A stretch of DNA of 64,000 bases from Octopus bimaculoides (Eukaryota), in NCBI RefSeq assembly GCF_001194135.2, contig NC_068988.1:72253306-72317305 (forward strand), given 5' to 3'. Every line of letters begins with the position of its first letter. Position 1 is the first letter of the stretch. The position numbers and the translations under genes were made by a program. A model generated the notes under the pieces. That model ran no database searches and was not told the DNA's origin. It worked only from the letters and a program-made list of their open reading frames with translations. Of this stretch, positions 27,998 to 41,300 are shown piece by piece.

Positions 27998-30375
27998 GTG
28001 AAAATATTTGCAGCTGTAGCAAGAAATCTGCATGTTCGCTCAAGAATCAATGATTGCAAAAGACATCATATACATGTGCACAATCACCACACCACAACAT
28101 AAGTACACATACATACGAGCTTCCGAAAACCAATTTAAGGTCCGGAATCGCAATCATATCTCCTCATTCCGAAAGATAAATCGGCGATACGCAACATCAC
28201 TTAGCGCACCTAATATGGAGATTAAAAGAAGGAAAACTAAAATATGAAATAGAATGGTCAATAATGAAAAATGCACATCCATATAGTACACTAGCCAGCG
28301 TATGTGACCTGTGCTTTGAGGAAGCCTTGTGCATTCTTTTAAGTAACGAAAACTTGGTACACAAGCGCGCTGAGAAAATACCGTGATGTTGCCACCGCGC
28401 CAAATACGAAGTTCTAGATTCAGAAAGGTGAAATAATAATAATAATTCAGTGAATTCTCTCCCTCTTCCCTTACCCCGTATTCATGTGTCCGTGTGACGG
28501 GTTGTATGTCTATATACACGTATGCGTGCCTTTCTGCGTGTTTACTATGCATGAATATATGTACCTACATAAGTAAATATGTGTAGGTGTGTATGCACAC
28601 AAGAACATCTATGTATATGCATGCATGTGTATGTATGTCCATATATTTGCATATGTGTACGTATGTGAGTGCACGTATATATCCATATATGTGTGCGTGT
28701 ATGTATATATATACATGAATATACATGTATATGTATATGTGTATGTGTGTCTGTGTGTCTGTGTGTCTGTGTGCGCGCGTGTGTGTGTATATGTCCGAGC
28801 GGTAGTAAGCATATGGAACTATATGTGAACCAACTGAATCTTAAAGGTCAGCTAGGGATAATCACGTGTAACCAGCCATGAAGAACAGATCAATAGTACA
28901 AAGTAATCAAATGTCAATATCTTTAAAACGGCAACCACTTTAACAGTAGCAGAATTACCATCCCACTACATCTACGCATTCAAAGCAGTTAGTCAACGGT
29001 CCTTCAGCAACATCACACCCTGACTACTATTAAATTCAGGCCACGCCAGACAGAGAGGATGTTCTTGAAGTCGAGGATTTTGAACTTACGGAGATAATAT
29101 TTACATATCGTCTGGGGAAACTAGCCTCTTTATTTAGTCGTACCTGTGTTGAGGTCCAAATAGCAAATTGATATAATGGGAAGATTAGGAATAGTAGTTG
29201 CAGTAGTTCTGCACATCTGTCAATGTGTTCGCTGAGATATATCTGACCATATTGTGGGAAGAATATCTGTTGTCTGTGAACAGTACGTCTTCGTCTGATG
29301 AACATTCTTGTCGACCCTATATAGTTTTTATGGCAGCCCGAGCATTTGATTACATAAATGAGGTTTTCAGAGGCGCAAGTGAAGTTTGGATTTAACAATG
29401 AATTTTGTAAGGATCTTATTTAATGTCTTTGGTTGTTTACTGCTTTTAATGATTTTATGGGTACGTAGAACTTGCTTCATTTTGGGGTCCTTATGGAGTA
29501 TTAGGGGATTTTGGACAATGATGTTAAGTGCTTCTTTGTTTCTGGAGTTGTATGTGGAGACATACGGTAGTGTTTTCAAAGTAGGTGTGTTATTGTGTTC
29601 GATTTTTTAATGCTTTTATGTCATCGATTTTGCACTTTTAATCCCTTCATTTATGAATTATGTTCGAAGGAAAAATCTTATTTTGTACAATATTGTATAA
29701 TACTTTTGCTATTATGATTCTAATATATTCTTTAGTCTTGTAAAACATATATATATATATATATATATANNNNNNNNNNNNNNNNNNNNNNNNNNNNNNN
29801 NNNNNNNNNNNNNNNNNNNNNNNNNNNNNNNNNNNNNNNNNTATATATAATTACTACTAGGCGTAAGGCCTGTAATTTTGGGTGTAGGGTAAGATCTGCG
29901 GATCTTACGCCTGTTGTAAAAAGAATTGAACGAAATTGTCCTATATTATTATCTTTTTTAATCATTTCAAATTTCAAACGTTGAACTACGGGTATGATGG
30001 GGCACTCTTTGAAGAATTATAGTCGAACAAACTGATCACGGTGACTGTATTTTCAAGCCTTGTACTTATTCCATCGTTCTCTTTTTGCTGAACCAAGTTA
30101 CGGAGACGTATACAAATCAATACCGGTGAGGGACAAACGCAAACACACGCACACGCACACATACATACACACACACAAAAAATATATATATATATACTGA
30201 TATGAGTATGTTTACATCCCCGTAACTTAGCGGATCGTCCTAAGACACCGATAGAATAAGTACAAGGCTTCAGAAAAGTAAGTGCTGGGGTTGATTCAGT
30301 CGACTAAAATGATTCAAGGCGATGTCCCAGTATAACTTCAGTTTAATGACAAAAATAAGTAAATGACAGGATAGG

Positions 30376-30415
<40 letters not shown>

Positions 30416-31565
30416 NNNNNNNNNNNNNNNNNNNNNNNNNNNNNNNNNNNNNNNNNNNNNNNNNNNNNNNNNNNNNNNNNNNNNNNNNNNNNNNNNNNNN
30501 NNNNNNNNNNNNNNNNNNNNNNNNNNNNNNNNNNNNNNNNNNNNNNNNNNNNNNNNNNNNNNNNNNNNNNNNNNNNNNNNNNNNNNNNNNNNNNNNNNNN
30601 NNNNNNNNNNNNNNNNNNCTCTCTCTCTCTCTCTCTCTCTCTCCCTCTCTGTTTTTTTTTGGGGGGGGGGCGGATTTTGCCAGCAGTAATTTCAAATTTC
30701 ACTTACTTTCATTAAGGAAATTCCCTTCGAAACACTAGAATTTTATCTTTTTTTACTTCAAAATAAATTATTTCACTTTGCAAATGTTTTGGACTTATTA
30801 CAGATTATTACTAGTTTCTTTTGAGTCTGCTATTTCAGTTTAATAAATATGTTCAAACTTAAACATCAGTCACATCAGTCATATCAGTTTAAGAATGCCA
30901 TTTTTGTGTGACTTAATAAAAGAATAAAGCATACAACACGCGCGCGCGCACACACACACACACACGCACACACACATTTTCTTGAATTCTATTAATATAA
31001 TAATATTCTTTTACAGCACTGGGAGTGTCGGCTTTTGTTCACTTTGTTTGTATATGGTTTGTGTGCCAGCCAAGTATGGATTCTCGTGGAAGGATTTTAT
31101 CTACAAATGTTGATACACAAAACTCTTTTTACTCAACAACGTAGTGTCAAGTTTTATATTATTTTTGGCTGGTGTAAGTATATTTCTGATTCCAGTTAAT
31201 GTTACTTTATGTTATTTTATTGAAGATCTAAATATAGAACTAACGATAACTATTCTCTTTATAAAAGTTTGTCTCAAGCTAATTCAAATCAAGTCAAGCG
31301 CTTTATCCGTGTGACCAGCTGTCATACTTTCAAAACAATGTTTTGCTTATTTTCACAGGTCTCATCCCTTCCTAACTGCTGTTAGCTTTCAATTTAATAC
31401 ATTTCTCGTTGCATTGATTGATATTTAAATTGCTAGAATATTACTCTGAACAATGTACCAAATAAGTATTTCAAATAAATATCCGGATATTGGACGATGG
31501 GTTATACTGTACGATGCTTATACTGTACTCTCCTACAGAATATACCGTAACTATATATACATATA

Positions 31566-31628
<63 letters not shown>

Positions 31629-31781
31629 NNNNNNNNNNNNNNNNNNNNNNNNNNNNNNNNNNNNNNNNNNNNNNNNNNNNNNNNNNNNNNNNNNNNNNNN
31701 NNNNNNNNNNNNNNNNNNNNNNNNNNNNNNNNNNNNNNNNNNNNNNNNNNNNNNNNNNNNNNNNNNNNNNNNNNNNNNNNN

Positions 31782-31835
<54 letters not shown>

Positions 31836-34800
31836 TGTATTGTTTAATAACCGCAGTATAAATTTTTATGAGCTAGTATAGTTTCATGCGATGAAAACGG
31901 CTCAGACAGCATTTTATAACACGTCTGGCGCCTTCACGCGGGTTATACCCACATGGCATAAAAAGTTAAAACAACACGATTGAATAAGAAAAAATATGAC
32001 AAAAGGCGAGAAAGAAGTAGATGTAAAAGGTGGAAGGATGGAAACACCGGAAAACAAAAGGAAAAAGAAAAAGAAAACAGGGGAGAATTAGAGTTATGCC
32101 ATCTTTGACCGTAAAGTCAAAATAAGGCTGAATGGATAGGGTCGTGGAGTCTGCTCAATCCAGAGAGGGTGGTATTTTCCAATTCACCAACAGTAATTTA
32201 CCCATATGTTTACATCCGTTGAAAATTCCAGATCTGGAATTCCGCAGTACGGTGGAGTTCATAGATTTGAAAAACATCTGTGATCTTTCAGCTACGCGTA
32301 GCTTACATTTTTGTATCTGCTGACAGATAGTGTGAACTTTTCAACTATTTTCATCCTCGTCCTTGAGTAGATGTTGCCGTTCATTGCAACAACCCAACTG
32401 CAAAAAATGAGACCGATACCTGCTATCGAGAGAATAGCCGCTAAGTATTACTGGTCGACCCTATCGGAAGCTTTTCGTTGGTCAGTGTCCATCCTCGACA
32501 GGTCCTTTACTCACGCTCTCTATGGTATATCGCATGAGGTCGAAGTTGTCTCCTCAGAATTATTCTTTTTCAGATTCTAATGTTCTGACCGCGACATCAT
32601 GTCTCATAAGTAGATAATACCGTGAGGACATCCTTAGATAGCTATTTATGAAGTGAGTGACATCCTCTGTGTTAATTCCATAAAGGCTGTATCGGTTATC
32701 GGATCTATGTGGTTTATCTACATCATTATCCCTTGTGTGCATCGTGGCTATTTCCTGGTCCTGTATTGCAAACACGTATTCTTCAAAGTGAGAGTTAATG
32801 TCCTGGTTGTTAGTCAAGGATAGCCTTTTCTGGTTGTCAACATTGCTGTCACGCTGAAAACTTCTGGTACTATTTCCATGCATAATCTTTTAAGGGTATC
32901 TTCTGGTGACCTGCTGCAGTAGATTTGCGCAACTCTGACTATACATTGGTCAGGGAATAGTTTTTGAGAGGCATTTTTCCAACTTTCATGAACGCAAGCT
33001 TGATCCATGTCAAGACTTTACTGTTTGGTGGTTAATATATATACTCTATGGGATATGATCTGATATTCAAAAGCTGCTTGGATCGATGTTAAGCCTACGC
33101 GTCTTGAGTATATGTTTCTGACGTCTATACTCATTGTTCAGCCAACTAGTGGGATATATTTTATTGTTGTTGTTACTAGATTCACTGGCATGCATTTTGA
33201 CTTCAGGGGCCTTATACTGAAAAGGCGTTTAGTTTTACTATTCTGCGACCTAGGTATGTTCAGATGAGGATCAGTTCGTCCCTTTTCAAGGTTGTTATGG
33301 TGTGTTTCTGGGCTCATCCAGTCTCACATATACTGTGCCATACTTTTTTCTGATTATGTTTTAGTGCCTCAAATTCGTCCAAGGCACTTATCTGCTGCTG
33401 AACTGCCTGTTAGGTTTTCCAACTTTTAGTTGCAAATGTTTTATATACCACAGTTCTGCTGAGGTTGGTTTGTTACTGGATGGATTTCGGAATGTCGAGT
33501 GTAACACTTCGTCCAGATCATGCAAGAATGCTTTTCGCATTTTAAAATTCCTTTCAACGATAACATCATTTCTTCTATTTGACAGAGTGCATTGGCGAAC
33601 CCGTGAACGCTATATTTTTCAGGTTGTCATTTTTTTCATTTTTTTGTGTTGGCGTAGTGTTAGTGGCGACGGCAGTGGAATGTGCTGGTGTATAGAAAGA
33701 CCAGTTTGATGTTTTGTTTTCTGTTCTACGTTCTCATTTTTGTTGTTTTAATGTGGGAAGGCAGCATCAAAGCAGTTCTTCCAAACTATTGACTCACTCC
33801 CCTGATAGGTGCCATTATCAAAGGGCTAAGATTTACAAAGAACAGATTTGATAGATCTACCTGACTTTTCGACGACCTTGATCGTTTAGCTGCATGGAGG
33901 ATTTTCCTAGATATGTTAGCTAGTCACTATTTGGTGTCGCATCTACAAACAGAACGCTATCAAACTTCTTGTCATAACAAGTGATACTCTTAGTTCTCCT
34001 ACTGGTATCTCAACCTGCCTTGCTAGGTTATGATTAGAATGATATTCTTTGGTACAAGAGATGGCTAGAAAGACACCCAGATCATTACTCTCATAGACAG
34101 CTTCACACATTTCTTAACAGCAAAATCTATATCAATTGACTGATACAGTGATACTATATCCATATTACTTTTGGTGTAGTATGAGTAACTGCTGACTTCA
34201 TATGTGTGGTCGCAATCGTTGATCGTACTAAGGAGTTCATTGGTGCAATCACAGACATCCCATCGATAATTCAGTTTAGGGGGCATAAGATCTATAAGAG
34301 AAAACATGATATTCCGTGACTGCTGCCATTGTTAGCAACACCGACAGGGCGAGCAGGCGGCCCAGTGATATGGTCGATATAGGTTTTGTGGTTTTGCCGA
34401 AAGCCATATACAGGTGGCATTTTATTGATGGTAGTTATAAAATTGTTATCTATTCACCTGTTAGCTGTAGGATGTTGTGCCACCTTCCCACATGATCATT
34501 AATGATCTTTTCATTCTCCTTATAGTCGAATGTGGTCAGCTCGCTCATATCTCTGACATGTAGTTGCATGCTCCTGATACAGTTTATTAGATTATCAACA
34601 GACATACATCCGATTTGAGCATACAATTTCTTTTTCTTTGATATGTTTGTGCGTCATAATGTGATTTCCATCTCAACTTTGTAAAGTATTTTCCATAATT
34701 TATTTTCTTTTCTGAGGTAGCGAGCTGACAGGATCGTTACCATGCCGGACAAAATGCTTAGCGGCATTTCTTACGGCTTTAGATTCTGAGCTCAAATTTC

Positions 34801-35003
34801 ACCGAGGTCAACTTTACCTTTTATCATTTCGGGGCCGATAAAATAAGCTCCGGTTGACTACTGGGGTCGATGTAATCGATTTACCTCTCTCCACAAGATT
34901 TCTGGCCTTGTGCCTATAGTAGAGAGGATTATTTGTAAAAAATAACAGAATTTCTGCCTTCAGAATTTATTGGTTTTTACTATATATACTGCTGTTGTCA
35001 CTG

Positions 35004-35073
<70 letters not shown>

Positions 35074-35267
35074 TACAATTGCTGCTGTCGCTACTGCTGT
35101 TACTACTACTACTGCTGACAACTTCTGCTCCTACCCTTATACAGTTTGTGTCAACCTTTCTCCCAATTGTCTCTCATCTTTGGTCATGGATTGATAGTTC
35201 ATCTTCGTTAAAATCAATAATTCTTGACTTACTTTGGCTGTACAATGTCAACAGAGTACTCCACTGA

Positions 35268-35306
<39 letters not shown>

Positions 35307-38300
35307 GGTATGAGAATTACAACCAAATGCCAAGTTAAGTGACCAACTATGAGCACTAGGCAATGACATAATGACTGACCTATAATACATGAAAACGTTA
35401 TATTTATAACAATGACGAAGATTTTGACACCGAATAATAGCTGTTTAAGTGACGTGAACAGTTTTAGTGCATTTTTGAATAGTTAATGTGTCTTACACTC
35501 TGTAATTGTTAAAATAAATGCAATTGCTTATAAACCATTATTTTTAAACAAGAAATTTGCAAATGTCTGTGGAGGATTTAAAAATCAAGAAACTTGCTAT
35601 TTTGAAATTGGCAAGAGAGCTAAGTGGGAATTATTAATTTCTATCTCTTGTGCAAAACCATAAATTTGTGGGAAAAACTGTAATCAAGTGTAAAAGAAGT
35701 ATATATATATGCTGCATATCTGATTCCCCCAGGGAAGATGAATAGCAGATGCAACCACGGCAGAAATTTTAACTTATACTGTAAAAGAAAAAATAGGATT
35801 AAAAAAGAGCATAAATATGGCAAGACATTGAGTATGGTTTGCTAGCAATAGATTCATCCCGTGGAAATTGTACGTAGAAAAATATTGATTTGTTATTTAT
35901 ACACAAGCCACAAGTGTTTGGGGACTGTTAGGAATGAGACTCTGTACCGTTTATATCACATTGGGACTGTCAGATGTTTAAATGTAGAAGTTAACTGATA
36001 GCAATTAGAACTGATAACAGGGAAACTATTTTGAACATAATCTGTGCTGAGTTTGCTTCTTCACTTGACTTAGACTAAAAGTGGCATGCTGATTTCAAAG
36101 CTACACTCAGTTTTCTTCCATCACGTCAAGATTTTTTCTACAGCTTACTCTTTGAATAAGCACAATTGTATTACTTATCCATAAGTAAGAATGTTCGTCA
36201 GCTGCTTTTATGTGGAACATTTTCGAAAATATCTTTCGTTGGCTTGCTTTCTACAATTAGTCCTACTTAACTTGATGGTACTGGGTTCACAAATGCTCTC
36301 ACAAATTTTCTATCACGCCAATTTTTTTTCTAAACATTAATTCATTTTTTACCAGAAAATGTCATTTTTACCAGTAAATGCAACTAACACAAGCCAAATT
36401 GTACTTTTTATTGTTGAACAAAAATACACAAAATATTTAATTACACATCTTATGATAGATATTTCTGTCAAACTGGAGATTCAGCTACTCATGGAATGAA
36501 CTTTTCTTTGCTGCTTTGCATTGAATAACTTGCATCATGGCAGTCTCTTTGCAGAGACCAGCAGTAGTCAGCCATCATCTCGTGTCCCCCCCCCCTTCCT
36601 TGATACCTACTCTTCATAGTCTCGATGTTTTTGGTGAAATCTTTCTCTTTGCTCCTCACTTATTACACAATGATTTTCAAGGAGGTAATCCAGATGACTA
36701 TGCAGGAAATGCACTCATACACTCATGTTGCTGCCCAGTGCTGGAAGAGAGGATAACATAATCTGCACATATTCGTTCTTTGATGACTTCCTGTTTCCCA
36801 GGAAATCAGGTACAGCTGCAGCAAAAGCATCCCATGCTTCTTTTTCAATACCAGACGTGGTTTTCAAAAACTGCTCATCCTGCAACAACCACTTAAACTG
36901 TGGCCCCCGTTAAACACACCAACCTTAATTTGTTCATACCACAAAACTGGAAACTTTCTGCTTAAGTATCTGAAGCAGTCGCTGTCTCAATGTTTCAACA
37001 CGTTTCCCACACTGTCCGAGGTGCTCATGTGCTGTCTTGTCTCTTGTCTTGATCACCCAGTTTCATGTTAAAGTAAGGTAAGGTTTCTTCACAAAATCTG
37101 TGATTTCTTTCGCTGCCTAAGTAAATTGTAACATCCACAAATATAGCAGAAGACGTTGGGGGCTATTTCCACATTTTCTTCCCTCACAACTGGCCATATA
37201 TCTACAATTAAAAAAAAACGTATATTTAAGCCTATTGTCACCGGGGGAAAGCATTTTCAGATTTGTCAACAGTTATAAAATAAGTAAATGCAGATTTGTG
37301 ATGGCAAAGTTCCATAAAGAACATACATGCCATGAAGTTCTTTCTGCAGTTCTTTGACTATGCTTGACAAAAAGTGACTTTGACCCTTGTGACCTCATAC
37401 TTAAAACATTAAGGGCACATTCAAAATACTAATTTTCATAAAAAATAGTTAAAGGATCAAATGATAGTCACACTAAATCAAGCACAGCGTGAGACTATCT
37501 GCAGTCAAATTCCACAAATATAAGATATATATGATGTCTAAAAGCACAGAAAAGTGTTATTACCATTGTATAAAGGGCGTTTATGTTATCATTATGGCAT
37601 TTAAAACTGGTTAGATTGAAAATAGTGAAAGCTGCTCAAGTTTATTGCCCTTTATTTACTAAAGATACTTAAATCATGAATTCTGTTTTCACTTTTGTAG
37701 TTGTATTTGCTTTAAATAATATTGAAGTTATTTTCAAAGTTATGTCAAGCGCCATACATGAGTTTGCATTTAATGAAGCAAAATCTATCCTTAGATATGG
37801 TGACAATACCGGAAATGTTGGAAAATAAGAATTTGAATTTGTAATAAATTTTTGAAATCATAGAGCAAAATAGATTGAACTTTTGAAATCAGCGCCCCAT
37901 GATTACTAGGAAACATGTCTCCAACACCAGACCACAAAAACCATGTTCCCTACTGTAATATATTAACTGTTGATGGTTTACTTTATCAATCGAATAGTTT
38001 TACGAACATTTAATACTTTATGAACTACTTTTAAAAATAATGACTGGACTTGTTTTAATTGTTTTTGCTTTCCTTTTGAGTTTTGTTTACAGATAGAAAA
38101 TCTTGAAAATTAAAAGCCAAGTTGGTACATTAGCACCCAAACTTGTCTGTTAAATTAGATCTGTTACATTGTTAGCAGCATGAACGAATCAAACAAAATC
38201 TTTTAATTGCTTAAGGCCTGTATAGGTTTTAATTCGACCCTGGTTACAAGAATCAGATTTCGATGAATAGATAGCAAACAAAACAGTCAGCTAATGGTTA

Positions 38301-41300
38301 TTCATATCTTCTCTTTGATGCATTGCTATGACCCCCGGCTAGAACTCTTAATTCTCAGGGACTCACGCTTCTTCATTATTAGTCATTCGTGAGTGAAGTC
38401 ACAGGTAATTGTTATAGGTTTGCAAGTGAACTATAATCGCTGAGTTTAAGTCAACTATAACCTTCACGAATACAACAGTACTTGTTCCTCTAAATAACGA
38501 AGTCAATGTCTTCAATGATATCCCAAATACTCAATGGTTTATAAGACATTACCATTACAACTGTATTACTGCGCTAAAAGGTCAGATCTCTATTATTACT
38601 TCCGCCTTAGTGAAGGTAGAGATATTGTTTTCAGTCGTGTTTATTAGTTTGTTTGTTCGTGGACAAGATATCTCAAGAACTGCTGGATGGATTCGGATGA
38701 AACTTTCAGGGATGTTTGGCCTCATGACTGGCACGAGCTGATTAGATTCTGATTCAATCCGGTACTGGACAAAGATTCTGTTTTCTTTCTTTTTTTTTTT
38801 TACTTAATTTTTGGGAGCAGTCGGGTTCATTTTTAGTATTCTCGTTTGTGAGAGCAGTCGAATTTATTTCAGATATTCTCATTTTAAAAATCATCTCCGG
38901 CTAATTGTTAAGAGGACGTTGGTGTTTCCTTGGCGGAAGTTTGCGCTCACTAAGTGCTCTTGTTTTCCATGTTATAACTACGAATATACGAATATACGAA
39001 TCTTCGGTAATAATCCAAAAACTCACTCAGAAATTTTAATCTCACAAAATGTTTTTTAAGAGTTTCTATTTTCCAAAGATGCCATTTCTAAAGAATCGGC
39101 GCCATTTATCTTTCTTTTTACATGAAGGAATTCTAACACTGTTATATATCACTCTGTTAAATAAGCACATATATTTATATAATATTGCTCTGTAATTATC
39201 AGCTGTTACTCTTATTATCTCTGTAGGAGATCTCAGCGTGAGCCGATGCCAACACACAAGACCTCACTGTATAAGCTACTAATGAAATATTTTTCACGTT
39301 TTTTCTTTTTTTTTTTTTTTACATAAATTTGTAATGTTCTTTAATGAATTTCTAAGATTGCTTGGAAGAATTATTTACAGTTTTTAGATATCAATTTAGA
39401 GAGGTTATTTACTTAAATTCTCCTTCTACATTTTTACTTTTCGCTTGTTCCAGTCATTGGATTGCGGCCGTGCTGGGGCAAAGCCTTGAAGAAGTTTTAG
39501 TCGGACTGCTCGACCCCAGCACTTTTTAAAACCTGGTATTATACTATTGAGGTCTTTTGCTGAACTGATAAGTTACGAGAACGTAAACCAACCAAACGGC
39601 GGTGTGGAACAAACACACACACACACATATCACCATTGCCGAAAGAGAACTGAAGCCGGTACAGCAGTTCACTTACCTTGGATGTACCATTTCATCAGAT
39701 GCGAAGACTGTATAAGTGTGTGTGGAACAACAAGCACCTTAATATCAGCACAAAAGTCAGCGTGTACAGGGCCGTCGTTCTCACGACGCTCCTATATGGC
39801 TCTGAGTCCTGGGTCCCCTATTGCTGTCATCTCAGACTCCTTGAATGTTTTCACCTTACCATCTTCAACATTTACTGGAGCGACTACATCACTAACATTG
39901 AGGTCTTTGAGCGAGCAAAGGTCACGAGCCTGGAAGCCATTTTACATGAGACACGACTGTGTTGGGCAGGGCAAGTTGGTAGGATAAAAGACCACCGCCT
40001 ACCAAGATCATCATGTGCGATGAGCTCACCACTGGCCTCCGCAACAAGAGGGCACCAAGGAAGTGTTACAAGGACTGTCTGAAGCAGTCCCTTAGCGTTT
40101 GTGACATTGATTATCGTGATTGGTCCACTCTAACAGCTGACCACGTCGCTTGGTGCCATACCATCAGCGATGTTGTTTCCTATTTTGAGATTTCTCGCAA
40201 TGCCTCTCTTGAAGACAACCCTCAGAGGCGAAAAAATAATGTAGCTGTATCATCAGACCCTAAACAACCATACTCCTGTCATTACTTCAATCGGGTATGT
40301 CGATCCCACATCAGCCTTATCAGCCACTAACGAGCGTGCAGTCGACGGGGATAACAGCTTTCATAATCTTCGTCAGCGAAGCGATACCAGGATATGTACA
40401 CATACACACACTACTTTCAGTTTCCGTCTCTCAAATTTACTGACAAAGCTTTGGTCACGCCGAGGCTATAGTAGAAGACACCTTCCCAAGGTGTATGGAA
40501 CTGAAACCGGAACTATGTGGTTGGGAAGCAAACTGTTTGCCACACAGCTATACCTGAGCCTTATAGAGAAAGAATAAGGAAATGTTGATGTAGGTTTTAA
40601 AAGCACATTTTAATGTAATTTTAAAAACTACATGATTCTCATAGTCTTTCGGTAACGCATGCGCAATAATATACATACCTGGCCGGAGCAAAGTGTTCAT
40701 GACCAGACTACATTTTATTCGTATACGCGAACATGTGCTCGAATTGCTACTTGGCAAACATTGCATGTTCGAATGTCTACAACGTCTATTATAATCTATG
40801 TTTCATTTTCTATTTAGTTTCGTTTTTTATTTCTTATTCTTCATATTTTCATAATTTAATATTAAATGCACGTTCTGTTAATAACCGCTTTGCAATATTT
40901 CATCTTATAGCTGTCTGCTTTAAAATTTCTCAGTGAGTTGGAAAAACATGAGGCGCCTTTGTTTCCTCATAACTTTGAGAAAAATGGATATTTCTTGATG
41001 AAATTTTCAGAGTGTGTAGATTACGGTTATATGGGAATTTAAGATGGAAGAAATTGGTGGGCTAGCACATATACATACTGACACACATCACATATATCTA
41101 CAAAATGAATCTTGAAATTTCGAAGAAATCCCGTGATATGTGTCTGTATGTATGTATGCATACTCATTATTTTCTTTTTCACATCTAATTCCGATATAAT
41201 CGTAATTTAAATGAACTGAAGAGTATTCGTAGAAAAAGCTTCCTTTACAACTACCCATTTTCCCGAAAGTTATCAGGAACCAAAGCCGATGCGCGTAAAT

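Noticed and set aside
40340-40385. Minus-strand CTGACGA...GAAA
   Set aside because: No stem II, stem III or stem I pairing; it is the RTE 3' end.
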